From NCBI GenBank assembly GCA_963666515.2, contig OY762897.2, forward strand, positions 4,320,001 through 4,384,000: a stretch of DNA of 64,000 bases. The letters run 5' to 3'. The position numbers and the translations under genes were made by a program. This DNA comes from Candidatus Binatia bacterium. GTDB lineage: Bacteria; Desulfobacterota; Binatia; UBA9968; JAJDTQ01. Shown piece by piece: positions 27,710 to 37,943 of the stretch. Under the pieces are notes generated by a model. It saw only the letters and a program-made list of their open reading frames with translations, did no database searches and was not told where the DNA came from. The stretch's first letter is position 1; each line of letters begins with the position of its first letter.

Positions 27710-28770
27710 AGATCACGGACATACAGCTCGAAGCTCTGGAGCTGCCGTACAAGAAACCCCTCATCACCGCCACCAACCAGTTCTACTCGTCCAACGGGTA
27801 TCTGGTGAGCGCGGAGGCGGACTCGGGGCACACCGGCTACGGTTACATCGACGTGTTTCCCAGGACCGGCGAGACCCCCGCTTCGGTCCGCTACGCCATC
27901 GAGGAGATCATGCGCCCGCTCTTGGTGGGACAGCCCATTGAGGAGCTGAACCGGCTGAACCAGCTCATCAATTTCCGCATGGTGGACAACCGGCGCGCCA
28001 AGGGCGGCATGGACATGGCGCTGTACGACCTCTTGGGCAAGTGCTACGGCGCGCCCCTTTACGTGCTCCTGGGCGGGCTGGTGCGCAAGGAGATCACGGT
28101 CATCAAGATGGTGAGCGTGGGGTCGCCGATGGAGATGGCGAGGGAGTGCCGCGAGCTGGTGGGCGAAGGCTACCGCGCGCTGAAGCTCAAGGTCAGGGGC
28201 GAGGTGGGGCTGGACCTCGCGCGGGTGACCGCTGTGCGCGACGCGGTGGGACCCGACATCTACATCAAGGTGGACGCCAACGAAGCCTTCGACGCCAAAT
28301 CCGCCATCCGCATGGCCGCGGGCATGGCCGAGCTTGGGGTGTCGGTGTTCGAGCAGCCGCTGTCACGGCACCATGACGTGGCGCTCGCCGAGGTCAAGGC
28401 CCAGTCGAGCATCAAGATCGAGGCCGACCAGTCGGCAAGCGCGGTGCACGATGCCTTCAGGCTCATCCGTGACAACGCCTGCGACTCCATCAACACCGGC
28501 ATCCTCAAGGCCGGCGGCATCCAGCAGGCGCGCCAGATCACCGACATGTGCGCCCTGACCGGAACCGAGTGCGGCCTCAGCAACATCGCGGCCTGCATGG
28601 TGGGCGACGCCGCCCTGCTGCACTTGGCCCTCAGCTCTCCCGGCGTGTCCGAGTTCTGCGAGATCGGCGAGTGCGAGGCCCTCACCGGCGACCCGTTCAC
28701 CGGCATCAAGGTGGTGGACGGCAAGCTCGGGGTCCCGGAAGGCCCGGGGCTGGGCGTCACCCGGAACTGA
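27706..28770 (+). CDS. Enolase superfamily (muconate cycloisomerase/epimerase-like)
   Basis: KLKV, VDANE, FEQP, GPGLG. Confidence 0.9.
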   Translation: MKITDIQLEALELPYKKPLITATNQFYSSNGYLVSAEADSGHTGYGYIDVFPRTGETPASVRYAIEEIMRPLLVGQPIEELNRLNQLINFRMVDNRRAKGGMDMALYDLLGKCYGAPLYVLLGGLVRKEITVIKMVSVGSPMEMARECRELVGEGYRALKLKVRGEVGLDLARVTAVRDAVGPDIYIKVDANEAFDAKSAIRMAAGMAELGVSVFEQPLSRHHDVALAEVKAQSSIKIEADQSASAVHDAFRLIRDNACDSINTGILKAGGIQQARQITDMCALTGTECGLSNIAACMVGDAALLHLALSSPGVSEFCEIGECEALTGDPFTGIKVVDGKLGVPEGPGLGVTRN

Positions 28771-28840
28771 CGCGCTTCACTTCCGTACTTTCGAGAAACA
28801 ATCGGTGGAAACGCGGTTTGACAAAGCGGTAGGACGCGCG

Positions 28841-28930
28841 GAACTTGAGGAAATCCGCACTGCCCTGATCGAAGCGGAGGAAAGCGGCAAACCGCAGCCC
28901 TTTGATGGCGAGCTGTTCAAACGGGAAGCG
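28841..28930 (+). pseudogene. ParD-type antitoxin C-terminal remnant
   Basis: ELEEIRTALIEAEESGKPQPFDGELFK, in frame with the next gene. Confidence 0.5.
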
Positions 28931-29953
28931 ATGAGCCGACGTTCCGATGACGGTCGGACGCCCTTGGCCAATCTGGCGCCCCCCGGATTCGCTCCCCGCT
29001 TCCCGTGGCTGGGCGGCGACTTGCAGACGCTCCGTTACTATTTCTTTCCTTGCAGCGAGGATTTGTCAGCTTGGCCGTCGGAACGCTTGAGCTTCCCCGT
29101 TCCGGGTGAGGAAGGCGACACGATGCTTGCCATGTTGCATCGCCCGAAGCGCCCGACGGACCGCCCCTTGGTCATCCTCGTGCACGGCCTCACCGGGTGC
29201 GAGGGCAGCTCCTACATGTTCGAGACCACGCGCTCGTTCCTCACCCTCGGATATCCCGTCATGCGCCTCAACCTTCGGGGCGCGGGCCCGTCGCGTGACA
29301 CTTGCCGCAGAAGCTATTGCGCGGGCTCCGGAGACAACGTCGCAGCGGTGCTGTCGGCCCTCGACATCGAGGAGGCCCGCCGCGGAGTCGTGCTGATCGG
29401 GTTCTCCATGGGCGGCACCGTGATCCTGCACTGTCTGGCGCGGCTGGCGCGCGGAGTCTCGCCTATCTGCGCGGTGACGGTCTCGATGCCGCTCGACCTG
29501 GCGGCCGTCATCCGCAGGCTGATGAGCCCCCGCAACGTGCTGTATCATCGGTGGCTGCTGGCGCGCATGAAGGAGGCGGTCATCGGCGGCGCCTCCGAGA
29601 TTTCCCCGAAGCAACAGGCGGCCGTGCTGGACGCGCACAGCATCCGTGATTTCGACAACGCTTTCACTGCGCCTCACCACGGCTTCGCGGACTGCGACGA
29701 CTATTACACGCGCTGCTCCGTCACCGGATTGCTGGAGCGCATCGACACTCCGTTGCTGCTGCTTCACGCCAGGAACGATCCCTGGATTCCGGCCGATCCC
29801 TACGAAGACATCCGCCACAACACGCCCTCCAACGTGACCCTGCTGCTCACCGACAACGGCGGCCACGTGGGTTTCCACGACCGCCGCAACGCCACCCCCT
29901 GGTACAACACCGTCATCCAGGCGTACCTGGAGCGGCTCCTTCCTTCCATCTGA
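28931..29953 (+). CDS. YheT-like alpha/beta hydrolase
   Basis: HGLTG, GFSMGG, HARNDP, GGHVGF. Confidence 0.9.
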   Translation: MSRRSDDGRTPLANLAPPGFAPRFPWLGGDLQTLRYYFFPCSEDLSAWPSERLSFPVPGEEGDTMLAMLHRPKRPTDRPLVILVHGLTGCEGSSYMFETTRSFLTLGYPVMRLNLRGAGPSRDTCRRSYCAGSGDNVAAVLSALDIEEARRGVVLIGFSMGGTVILHCLARLARGVSPICAVTVSMPLDLAAVIRRLMSPRNVLYHRWLLARMKEAVIGGASEISPKQQAAVLDAHSIRDFDNAFTAPHHGFADCDDYYTRCSVTGLLERIDTPLLLLHARNDPWIPADPYEDIRHNTPSNVTLLLTDNGGHVGFHDRRNATPWYNTVIQAYLERLLPSI

Positions 29954-30038
29954 AACACGGACGGTTGCCGTCGTGTTTCGTGCGAGAATATCATTCCCGC
30001 GGAACAGGCTGTGTCGAAATTCGTGGGGCAGAGGCGTA

Positions 30039-30152
30039 CCGCATTCGTCATTCCGGCGAAAGCCGGAATCCAGAGGCGGAGTGGCGATGTAAGGCCGTTA
30101 CCGCCTTCCACCACCCCCTGGATTCCGGCTTTCGCCGGAATGACGAATGCGG
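30039..30152. repeat. Paired palindromic repeat element
   Basis: CCGCATTCGTCATTCCGGCGAAAGCCGGAATCCAG and its inverted copy. Confidence 0.9.
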
Positions 30153-30227
30153 CATGACGCAGCCTCCTCATACCCAGGACGCGGAAGAGGGAATCCAGGA
30201 GGGCCGAGGTGGGGAAACACGGAGGTA

Positions 30228-31091
30228 CTACCGGCTCAGGATGATGGAGATGGTGCCGGTCATGACCGCCAAGGTGCCGGTGACGGTGCGGGTGTTGATG
30301 CGCTCGAGGCCGCGCAGGAAGACGACGGTGAGGATCAGGGTCCACAGGGGGCTCGAGGCGACGATGGGAGACACCACAACGACACGGCCGAGGCTGACGG
30401 CGATGAGGGACAGCAGTGAGCCGGCGGATTCGAAGAAGCCAGAAAGGATGAACGGGGGCACCGCGCTGCGGTTGAGCACGAACTGCTCAGACCGGAGACG
30501 AACCTGGACGTACGGGCCCAGTGAGACGAAGGACACGATGGCCAGGATGGCGGCGAAATAGAGGGGTTCGTTGGAGATGTCGAAGGCGATGCGCCTGATC
30601 GGGAACGCGATGCCGGCGAACAGGGCCGCGGTGAGCGAAAAGATCCCCTCCCACCAGCGATAGCGCAAGCCCGATTCCGCCGGTTGCCAGGAGATCAACG
30701 CAATGCCGCCCACCACTAGAAGGGTGCCGGCGATGATCCCAAGGCTTGCATGCTCCCCCAGGAAGACGATGGCGATGACGGCGCTCCACAGCGGGTAGGT
30801 GTTGCGCAGGGGTTCGGCCCGTGCCGCTCCCAGCCGGTGGATGCCGGTCAACTGGAGCAGGCTCGTGGCGGTCTGCAGCACCCCCAACCCCACGAACAGC
30901 AGCAGCGGCGTCCACTCGACGTGGGGTATCCCGCCCATCAGGAACACCCCGCTCCAGAACACCACCGTGCGCAGGCAGAGCAGCACGCAGGCCGCGGTCA
31001 ACGGCGAAGAGTGGTGCATCCCCATGCGCGCGGTGATGGAGCCGCAGGAATAGAAGATGGCCGCGGCGAGAGCGATGAATTCGGGTCGCAT
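30228..31091 (-). CDS. EamA/DMT-family transporter
   Basis: About 10 TM segments; two repeats ending FLGE / FLRGLE. Confidence 0.88.
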   Translation of the reverse strand: MRPEFIALAAAIFYSCGSITARMGMHHSSPLTAACVLLCLRTVVFWSGVFLMGGIPHVEWTPLLLFVGLGVLQTATSLLQLTGIHRLGAARAEPLRNTYPLWSAVIAIVFLGEHASLGIIAGTLLVVGGIALISWQPAESGLRYRWWEGIFSLTAALFAGIAFPIRRIAFDISNEPLYFAAILAIVSFVSLGPYVQVRLRSEQFVLNRSAVPPFILSGFFESAGSLLSLIAVSLGRVVVVSPIVASSPLWTLILTVVFLRGLERINTRTVTGTLAVMTGTISIILSR

Positions 31092-31159
31092 GGGCAGCAC
31101 CTATCGTGCCCCATGCCCCAGGTTGCATCAAGCCCGCGCGTCTCAACGGCGTATGCGGC

Positions 31160-31621
31160 TCACAGCAGCGGCAGGATGGCGCCGAACAGCACGCCTTCGA
31201 ACAGCGTCCGTTGCAGCACCATTTCCAGGCCCACGTACACCAGCGCCCACACCGTCACGGCCGCCACCGCGCACCGCGTCCACGAGAGCCGGGCGAAGCT
31301 CCGCAGGAACAGCAGCATGTAGATGGGGATGGTGGGCTGGAAGCCGATGAGGATCACCAGCACGCAAAAGACTCCAAGCCAGGCTACGATGGGAGCGGCT
31401 TTGTCCCAGGGCGCCACGTCCACGGTGTCGTCGGGCGCCGCGCTCGGGGACAGCAGCTCTCGTCCCAGGCAGAACAGGACGAACGCCAGGGTCGGGATAC
31501 CCAGCACCAGCGGCACCAGCCCGCCCTGTCCCTCGAAGCCGAAGGACGGGATGACCACCACCAGCACCACCGCCAGGTAGAGCAGGTTGACGATCACGTA
31601 GCTGTAGTTCACACGCTTCAT
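31160..31621 (-). CDS. tctB: Tripartite tricarboxylate transporter small membrane subunit
   Basis: Hydrophobic 153 aa (MKRVNYSY...), ATGA-coupled to tctA. Confidence 0.8.
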   Translation of the reverse strand: MKRVNYSYVIVNLLYLAVVLVVVIPSFGFEGQGGLVPLVLGIPTLAFVLFCLGRELLSPSAAPDDTVDVAPWDKAAPIVAWLGVFCVLVILIGFQPTIPIYMLLFLRSFARLSWTRCAVAAVTVWALVYVGLEMVLQRTLFEGVLFGAILPLL

Positions 31622-33102
31622 GGCGTCGGGGTCGGGCGCGTGCGCAGCCGCGTGATCAGCGGGATCGCCACCATGGTCAGGATGAGGATCCACGAGATCA
31701 CACTGTTGAAGAAGCCGAGATAGCTGCCGTCGTGGATTCGCAACGTCAACAGGAACGACTTCTCCGCCAGGTTTCCCAGCACGAAGCCGATGACCAGAGG
31801 CAGGATCGGCACGCCCGCCCGCCGCATGGCGAAGCCGAGGATGCCCAGCAGCACCACCAGCACCACGTCCCAGATGTTCTCCCGCAGGATGTAGGTGCCC
31901 GCCAGCGCCACCACCGCGATGATGGCGGAAAGGTAGTGTACCGGCACCCGGGTGATGATGGCCAGGTAGCGGGCCGCCAGCAGGCCGAAGATGCTGGCGA
32001 AGGCGTTGGACACCACGTAGCCGTTGAGCAGGGTCCAGATGAAGATGGGGTTGTCCAGGATCAACTGCGGACCGGGCGAGACCCCGTGCATGATGAAGAT
32101 GCTCAGCAGCAGCGCCATGGCCAGGCTGCCGGGGATGCCGAAGCTCAGGGTCGTCAAGAGCGCGCCGCCGTCCTTGGAGTCGTTGGCGGCCTCGCTGGCG
32201 ATGACGCCCTCGGGATTGCCCGTGCCGAAAGTGTCGGGGCTTCTGGACGACTGTACGGCCACGGTGTAGGCGATGAGGTTGGCGGTCTCGCCGCCCACCC
32301 CGGGGATGATCCCCACCAGCGTGCCGATGGACGAGCTGCGCAGCAGGCAGACGGCGTAGCGGAAGTTCTCCATCACCCCCTGCCACGCGCCCCGGATGCT
32401 GGCCTGGATGTTGTCCCGCGCGATGGTGCCGCCCTGGGCGGAGTAGTTGATCAGCTCGCCGATGGCGAACAGCCCCACGAAGAACGGGATCAGCGGAATC
32501 CCGTCCCACAGGTACTCGCTGCCCATGGTGTAGCGGATGAGGCCGGTGGGCTCGTTGAGGCCCACCAGCGACAGCAGGATGCCGACCCCGCCGGCGATGA
32601 GCCCGTTCAGCAGCGAGCCCTGGCTGACGGTGGCGGTGGTGACCAGCCCGAACACCACCAGCCAGAAGATCTCCGGGTGGCCGAAGGCGATCACCAGCGG
32701 GCGCATCACCTGGATCAGCAGCGCCAGGATCACGAGCCCGAACAGGGCTCCCAGCAGGCACGCTCCGGCCGACAGCCCCAGCGCCCGCGCGGCCTCGCCG
32801 CGTTTGGCCATGGGGTAGCCGTCGAAGCAGGTGGCGGCGTTCACCGGCGTGCCCGGGGTGTTGAGCAGAATGGCGCTGATGGAGCCGCCGAAGGAGCTGG
32901 CTCCCATGATGCCCGAGAACAGGTAGACCGCGGTGATGGCGTCCCAGGTGAAGGTGAACGGCAGCAGCATCGACATGGCGAGGATGCCGCCGAGTCCCGG
33001 CACCGCGCCGAAGATCAGTCCGATGACGCTGCCGAAGAACAGCGTCAGCAGGACGTGCGGCTCGGCGATGGTGGCCAGCGCGCCGCCGAATCCCTCAAAC
33101 AT
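31618..33102 (-). CDS. tctA: Tripartite tricarboxylate transporter permease
   Basis: PGLGG, NTPGTP, DGYPMAKRG, EAANDSKDGG, FGIPGS. Confidence 0.93.
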   Translation of the reverse strand: MFEGFGGALATIAEPHVLLTLFFGSVIGLIFGAVPGLGGILAMSMLLPFTFTWDAITAVYLFSGIMGASSFGGSISAILLNTPGTPVNAATCFDGYPMAKRGEAARALGLSAGACLLGALFGLVILALLIQVMRPLVIAFGHPEIFWLVVFGLVTTATVSQGSLLNGLIAGGVGILLSLVGLNEPTGLIRYTMGSEYLWDGIPLIPFFVGLFAIGELINYSAQGGTIARDNIQASIRGAWQGVMENFRYAVCLLRSSSIGTLVGIIPGVGGETANLIAYTVAVQSSRSPDTFGTGNPEGVIASEAANDSKDGGALLTTLSFGIPGSLAMALLLSIFIMHGVSPGPQLILDNPIFIWTLLNGYVVSNAFASIFGLLAARYLAIITRVPVHYLSAIIAVVALAGTYILRENIWDVVLVVLLGILGFAMRRAGVPILPLVIGFVLGNLAEKSFLLTLRIHDGSYLGFFNSVISWILILTMVAIPLITRLRTRPTPTP

Positions 33103-33148
33103 GAATACGGGTGTCCCAGGTCACGACGGCGCCACGCCACGGCGAGAT

Positions 33149-33173
33149 GTAGGGGCGGGTTTCAAACCCGCCC
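33149..33173. repeat. GTAG-type REP
   Basis: GTAGGGGCGGGTTTCAAACCCGCCC. Confidence 0.75.
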
Positions 33174-33236
33174 GCGCCAATCTCATGCGACACGGTCCCG
33201 GCCCGGCGGGGACCGTGTCGCAAGCAGGCACCCGAA

Positions 33237-34229
33237 TCACTTGATGTACTTCTTGAGCAACGCGGAGTTCTTCTGCACCAGGGCGAGCATGTCGCCGACG
33301 AGCTTGGTGGTGTCCTTCTTGCTCAGGGGCGCGACGATGTTGCCGTTGGCCTCGATCTTCTCCTTCAGCGCCGCGTCGTTGTTGGCTTTCACCAGGGCCG
33401 CCTCGATGACCGAAGCGATCTCGGCAGGAGTCTTGGGCGGCAGCGCGTAGAGGTTCTGTCCCACCAGCGAGGACGACCCCAGCTCCGGGAAGCCCTGCTC
33501 TACGCCCGTGGGGATGTTCGGGAACTTGGGATGCCGTTTCGGCAGGTAGACGACGATGGCCCTGGCCTCTTTCGACTCCACCGCGGTGGTCCAGCGCTTC
33601 ACCAGCGGCAGGTTGGTGATGGAGAAGTCGCCGCGGATGATGCCGGTGATCAGCTCGGGGCCCTTGAAGCCGGCGATGAACTCCACCGGGAAGCCCACCA
33701 GGTTGGCGGTGATGACCGAGATCGGGAACGTGTTCCCGCCGGTGCCGGTGATGCCCGCCTTGATGGGCTTCTTGGCCGTCTTCATCTGCTTGAGCGATGT
33801 CCACTGGTCCTTGCCCGCCTTGGTGGTGGCCTGCATGAAGTACGGGTTGGACACTTGGCGTCCGATCCAGGTGAAGGTCCTCAGGTCGGGGTCCATACCC
33901 CGCGCCGCCTGGTTGACGGCCTGCCCGGGCAGGTTGATGGCGGCCATGGTATGGCCGTCGGGCTTGGACCGGTTCAGGATGGTCACGGAGTTCCGGCCCC
34001 CCGCGCCCGGCACGTTGCGGATCACCACGGGTACGCCCAGAGCCTTCGACATCACCTCGGCCTGGAGCCGCGCCGCGGTGTCCATGGCGCCCCCCACCGA
34101 GAATCCCACCAGGATGGTGATGGGCTTGCTCGGCTTCCACGCGGCGGTCGCCGGCGCCGCCGCCAGCGCCAGTGACATGGCTACGAGCACCACGAGAAAG
34201 GCTTTGAACAACGATTTCGGAATTCGCAT
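33237..34229 (-). CDS. tctC: Tripartite tricarboxylate transporter substrate-binding protein (Bug)
   Basis: Signal peptide; GGAMDTAAR, NVPGAGG, KPDGHT. Confidence 0.9.
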   Translation of the reverse strand: MRIPKSLFKAFLVVLVAMSLALAAAPATAAWKPSKPITILVGFSVGGAMDTAARLQAEVMSKALGVPVVIRNVPGAGGRNSVTILNRSKPDGHTMAAINLPGQAVNQAARGMDPDLRTFTWIGRQVSNPYFMQATTKAGKDQWTSLKQMKTAKKPIKAGITGTGGNTFPISVITANLVGFPVEFIAGFKGPELITGIIRGDFSITNLPLVKRWTTAVESKEARAIVVYLPKRHPKFPNIPTGVEQGFPELGSSSLVGQNLYALPPKTPAEIASVIEAALVKANNDAALKEKIEANGNIVAPLSKKDTTKLVGDMLALVQKNSALLKKYIK

Positions 34230-34262
34230 CACGGGCTCCTTTCGGTTTGACAAGGATCTTTT

Positions 34263-34400
34263 TCAGGAAAACACTTTCCAGACGATGGCCATTGTGAAAG
34301 CGAGGTTGAGGCCGATCATCCATTTCAGCAGTAGCAGGTCCCTTTCGAGGCGCTGAGTGTCGGCTTTGGTCGCCAATTGCAATTTCGCGGTGTCCGGCAC
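34263..34400 (-). pseudogene. DUF1640/CCDC90-like C-terminal fragment or micro-ORF
   Basis: LATKADTQRLERDLLLLKWMIGLNLAFTMAIVWKVFS*, resembling the tail of 42884-43168. Confidence 0.5.
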
Positions 34401-34447
34401 GTGGAAAGTCTCGCACTCCTTCGATTTCCGGTCAAGGGAGCAGAAAT

Positions 34448-35860
34448 CTATCGCAGCAGCGAGCAGTCGAAGGGCTCCAGCAGCCCTTCGATCCGCACGT
34501 CCCGCACGGCGGCTTGCGGCGGCCGAGCCCGCTGCGGATACTGCACCGGCGGCGCCGGCTTGGTGGCGTCCATTATCATGACCGCGCCCATGACCGGCTC
34601 GTGGGCGCCGTCCGGGGTGTAGGTCCAGTTGGACGGCAGCAGGTCGCCGGGGCCGTTCCAGTCCGGGATCGTCAGCACGTCCTTGTCCGGGCGCATGCGG
34701 GTTCCCACCGCCCAGGTCACCTCCGGCTCGTTGAACACGTTGATGTCGTCGTCCACCACCACCACGCAGCGGAGGTTCTCCGGCTCCGTGGCGATGGCGG
34801 CCAGCGCCGCCCGCTTGACCTCGGAGTCCCGGGTCTTGCGGATGGAGATGTAGCAGTGGGTGCGCGCGTGGGCCGGCACGTTGACGTTGACCACGCCGGG
34901 GACCGCCTCACGGACCCTGCGGTAGATGGTGCCCATGCGCGGCAGGCTGCCCAGCACCAGGTGCTCCTGGCCCGCGGGGAAGACGTCGTAGTAGATGGGG
35001 TTCCGGCGCATGGTCATGGCCGACACGTGCATCACCGGCTGCGCGCCCACGCTCACGTAGTAGCCGGTCCACTCGCCGAAGGGGCCTTCGAGCCGGGTCT
35101 CGTCCGGCAGGAGCCGGCCCTCGATGACGATCTCGGCGTGGGCCGGCACCATGAGGTCCACGGTCTCGGCCTTCACCAGCTCGATGGGCTCCTGCAGGAG
35201 CGCCCCGGCCTCGGCGAACTCGCCGCCGATGCCCGGCAGCCGCGACACCGCCCCGAGCATGAAGGTGGGGTAGTGCCCGATGACCAGGGCGAACTCGGTG
35301 GGTTCGCCCCGCTCCGAGTTGCGCCGGTAGATGTAGCCGCCGTGGTGGCTGCCCTGGATGTAGACACCGAGGGTGCGGGGGTCGTGGACTTGGTGGCGGT
35401 AGAGCCCGGCGTTCTGGGCGCCGCTGTCGGGGTCCCTGAGGATCATGACGCCGCCCGTAATGTAGGGACCGGAGTCCAGCTCGTTGTGGAACGGGATGGG
35501 CAGGGCCGACAGGTCCACCGCGTCTCCCTTGAGCACCACCTCCTTCACCGGACCGTCGCTGACGGTTTCGGCCTGGATGGGGTTGGCCTGCCGCTCGCCG
35601 TAGACCCGCGCCATGTCCGGGACGCTCGTGCCCAGCGCCAGCGCCAGCCGCTCGTAGGTGGCCGTCAGGTTGATGACCAGCGGCATGGATGACCCCTCCA
35701 CGTCGGTGAAGAACAGCGCCGGGAACCTGCCGTCCTCCCCCAGCCGCTCGGCAATGGAGGTGATGTCGAACCTGCGGTCCACCCGCCGCGTAACCATGTG
35801 GATCTGGTCCGGCGACGCCGCGGCGAGTTGTTGGATGAACGTGCGCAGGTCCTTCGCCAT
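34448..35860 (-). CDS. UbiD-family (prFMN) decarboxylase
   Basis: MAKDLRTFI; DSGPYITG; EIVIEG; EGPFGEWTGYY; VVDDDINV. Confidence 0.93.
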   Translation of the reverse strand: MAKDLRTFIQQLAAASPDQIHMVTRRVDRRFDITSIAERLGEDGRFPALFFTDVEGSSMPLVINLTATYERLALALGTSVPDMARVYGERQANPIQAETVSDGPVKEVVLKGDAVDLSALPIPFHNELDSGPYITGGVMILRDPDSGAQNAGLYRHQVHDPRTLGVYIQGSHHGGYIYRRNSERGEPTEFALVIGHYPTFMLGAVSRLPGIGGEFAEAGALLQEPIELVKAETVDLMVPAHAEIVIEGRLLPDETRLEGPFGEWTGYYVSVGAQPVMHVSAMTMRRNPIYYDVFPAGQEHLVLGSLPRMGTIYRRVREAVPGVVNVNVPAHARTHCYISIRKTRDSEVKRAALAAIATEPENLRCVVVVDDDINVFNEPEVTWAVGTRMRPDKDVLTIPDWNGPGDLLPSNWTYTPDGAHEPVMGAVMIMDATKPAPPVQYPQRARPPQAAVRDVRIEGLLEPFDCSLLR

Positions 35861-35938
35861 GGATGTGTCCTTTCGTTGTCCTTGGAAGGGCCGTTGGCCC
35901 CATCCATAACACATTCCCGTGCGTTCGCCCCTCCCCCC

Positions 35939-35966
35939 CTGGATTCCGGCTTCCGCCGGAATGACG
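35939..35966. repeat. Single palindromic repeat unit (same family as 24641 and 30039)
   Basis: CTGGATTCCGGCTTCCGCCGGAATGACG. Confidence 0.8.
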
Positions 35967-36046
35967 AAGAGGGAGGCTGTAACCGTGACGGTCCTTGAAA
36001 TCGCGTGGCCTATGTCATAGACGGTAAAGTTTTCGAGAGACCTGCC

Positions 36047-37048
36047 ATGGGAACCTATCTGCTTCGCCGCCTGATCGGCACCATTCCGGTCATGGTGCTG
36101 ATCAGCATGCTCGTCTTCCTGTTGATCCAGTTGGCGCCGGGCGACCCGACGCTGATGCTGCTGGGCGAGGACAGCACCCAGGAGGACATCGACCAGGCCA
36201 CGAAACGGTGGGGCCTCGACCAGCCCATCTACGTCCAGTACGTCAAGTTTTTCATGTCCGCGGTCCAGGGGGACTTCGGCCGCTCCTTCAAGTACGACGA
36301 GCCGGTGCTGGACGTGATCGTCAACCGGATCCCGGCGACCCTGGAGCTGGCCACCGCCTCGGTCATCATCGCGGTCATCTTTGCCATACCCTTGGGGGTG
36401 TGGGCCGCGGCCAAGCCCAACTCCTGGGTGGACAATACCGGCACCACCTTCGGCCTGTTCGGCATCAGCATGCCCAGCTTCTGGTTCGGCATCATGCTGA
36501 TCCTGCTGTTCGCCGGCATACTCAATATTCTCCCGTCCGCGGGACGGGACACCTACGGCATCTCCGGGGAGCCCATCACCGGCTTCTACATTCTCGACAG
36601 CGCGCTGCAGGGGAACTGGGCCGGGGTGCGCGACGGCGCGGAGCACGTGTTCCTGCCGGCCCTGGCGCTGGGCTCCAACATGCTGGGGATCCTCATGCGC
36701 GTGACCCGGTCGTCGGTGCTGGAGGTCATGCACGAGGAGTACGTGACCACGGCCCGGGCCAAGGGACTGGTGGAACGCAAGGTGCTGTGGCGCCACGTGG
36801 TGAGCAACGCGCTGATCCCGGTCATCACCGTGGTGGGGCTGGAGTTGGGCACGCTGCTGAGCGGCTCGATCATCGTGGAGACGGTCTTCTCGTGGCCCGG
36901 CAGCGGCAGCCTGCTGGTCACCGCCCTCAACGCCCGGGACCATCCGCTGGTGACCGGCCTGGTGCTGGTGTACACGGCGGCCTTCGTCGCCATCAATTTC
37001 CTGATCGACGTGCTCTATGCAATCATCGACCCCAGAATCCGGTATTAG
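36047..37048 (+). CDS. Peptide/nickel ABC permease (DppB-like)
   Basis: PGDP, GDFGRS, TARAKG, DPRI. Confidence 0.93.
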   Translation: MGTYLLRRLIGTIPVMVLISMLVFLLIQLAPGDPTLMLLGEDSTQEDIDQATKRWGLDQPIYVQYVKFFMSAVQGDFGRSFKYDEPVLDVIVNRIPATLELATASVIIAVIFAIPLGVWAAAKPNSWVDNTGTTFGLFGISMPSFWFGIMLILLFAGILNILPSAGRDTYGISGEPITGFYILDSALQGNWAGVRDGAEHVFLPALALGSNMLGILMRVTRSSVLEVMHEEYVTTARAKGLVERKVLWRHVVSNALIPVITVVGLELGTLLSGSIIVETVFSWPGSGSLLVTALNARDHPLVTGLVLVYTAAFVAINFLIDVLYAIIDPRIRY

Positions 37049-37058
37049 TATCGGCGAC

Positions 37059-37943
37059 ATGGGCCAGCCGGAGTCCGGGACCACACGGCGCGGCGGCCAG
37101 TGGTGGCGCCGGTGGATGCGGACCAAGGTCTACATCGGCGGCTCCATCGTCCTGATGTTCATCATCGTGGGCGCCCTCGGGCCGCTGGTGGCGCCCTATG
37201 ATCCCAACCACCAGAGCCTCGAGACCATGCTGTGGGCGCCCCAGTGGTTCTGGGGGCCCCATTTCCTAGGCACTGACAACCTCGGCCGGGACATCCTGAG
37301 CCGCATCATCTTCGGCGCCCGGGTCTCCCTGCTGATCGCCTTCGCCGTGGTCTTCATCTCCGGTTTCGTGGGCGTGATCCTGGGAGCCACCTCCGGGTAT
37401 TTCGGCGGCAACATCGACTTCACCATCCAGAAGTTCGTGGAGGTGGTGTGGGCGTTTCCGCCGCTCCTGTTGGCGCTCAGCATCATGGCGTTCCTGGGAC
37501 AGGGGCTGGGCAACCTCATCCTGGCGCTGGTGGCGCAGCGCTGGATCCAGTACTGCCGGGTGACCCGGGGGCAGAGCCTGTCCCTCAAGGCCCGGGAGTT
37601 CGTCATCTCGGCCAAGTCGCTGGGCGCCAGCGACACCCAGATCATCGCACGCCACATCATCCCGAACCTCATCCAGGTGTCCCTGGTCATCGGCACCTTC
37701 GCCATGGCCTCGTCCATCATCTCCGAGGCGAGCCTGAGCTTCCTGGGGCTGGGCGTGCCCCCGGAGATCCCCACCTGGGGCACCATGCTCGCCGACGGCC
37801 GCATCTACATCAGCACCGCGTGGTGGCTGGCGCTGTTCCCGGGCCTGTCCATCTTCGTCACGGTGCTGGGGATCAACCTCCTGGGCGACGCCCTCCGTGA
37901 CGTCCTGGACCCGAGGCTCAAGCGGGCGGGAACCGGCATTTGA
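37059..37943 (+). CDS. Peptide/nickel ABC permease (DppC-like)
   Basis: LGTDNLGRD, EASLSFLGLG, WGTML. Confidence 0.93.
   Translation: MGQPESGTTRRGGQWWRRWMRTKVYIGGSIVLMFIIVGALGPLVAPYDPNHQSLETMLWAPQWFWGPHFLGTDNLGRDILSRIIFGARVSLLIAFAVVFISGFVGVILGATSGYFGGNIDFTIQKFVEVVWAFPPLLLALSIMAFLGQGLGNLILALVAQRWIQYCRVTRGQSLSLKAREFVISAKSLGASDTQIIARHIIPNLIQVSLVIGTFAMASSIISEASLSFLGLGVPPEIPTWGTMLADGRIYISTAWWLALFPGLSIFVTVLGINLLGDALRDVLDPRLKRAGTGI

Noticed and set aside
34448-37126. 892-aa UbiD 'fusion' (likewise 31160-32761 and 39361-41514)
   Set aside because: The N-terminal extensions overlap real genes; true starts are 35860, 31621 and about 40330
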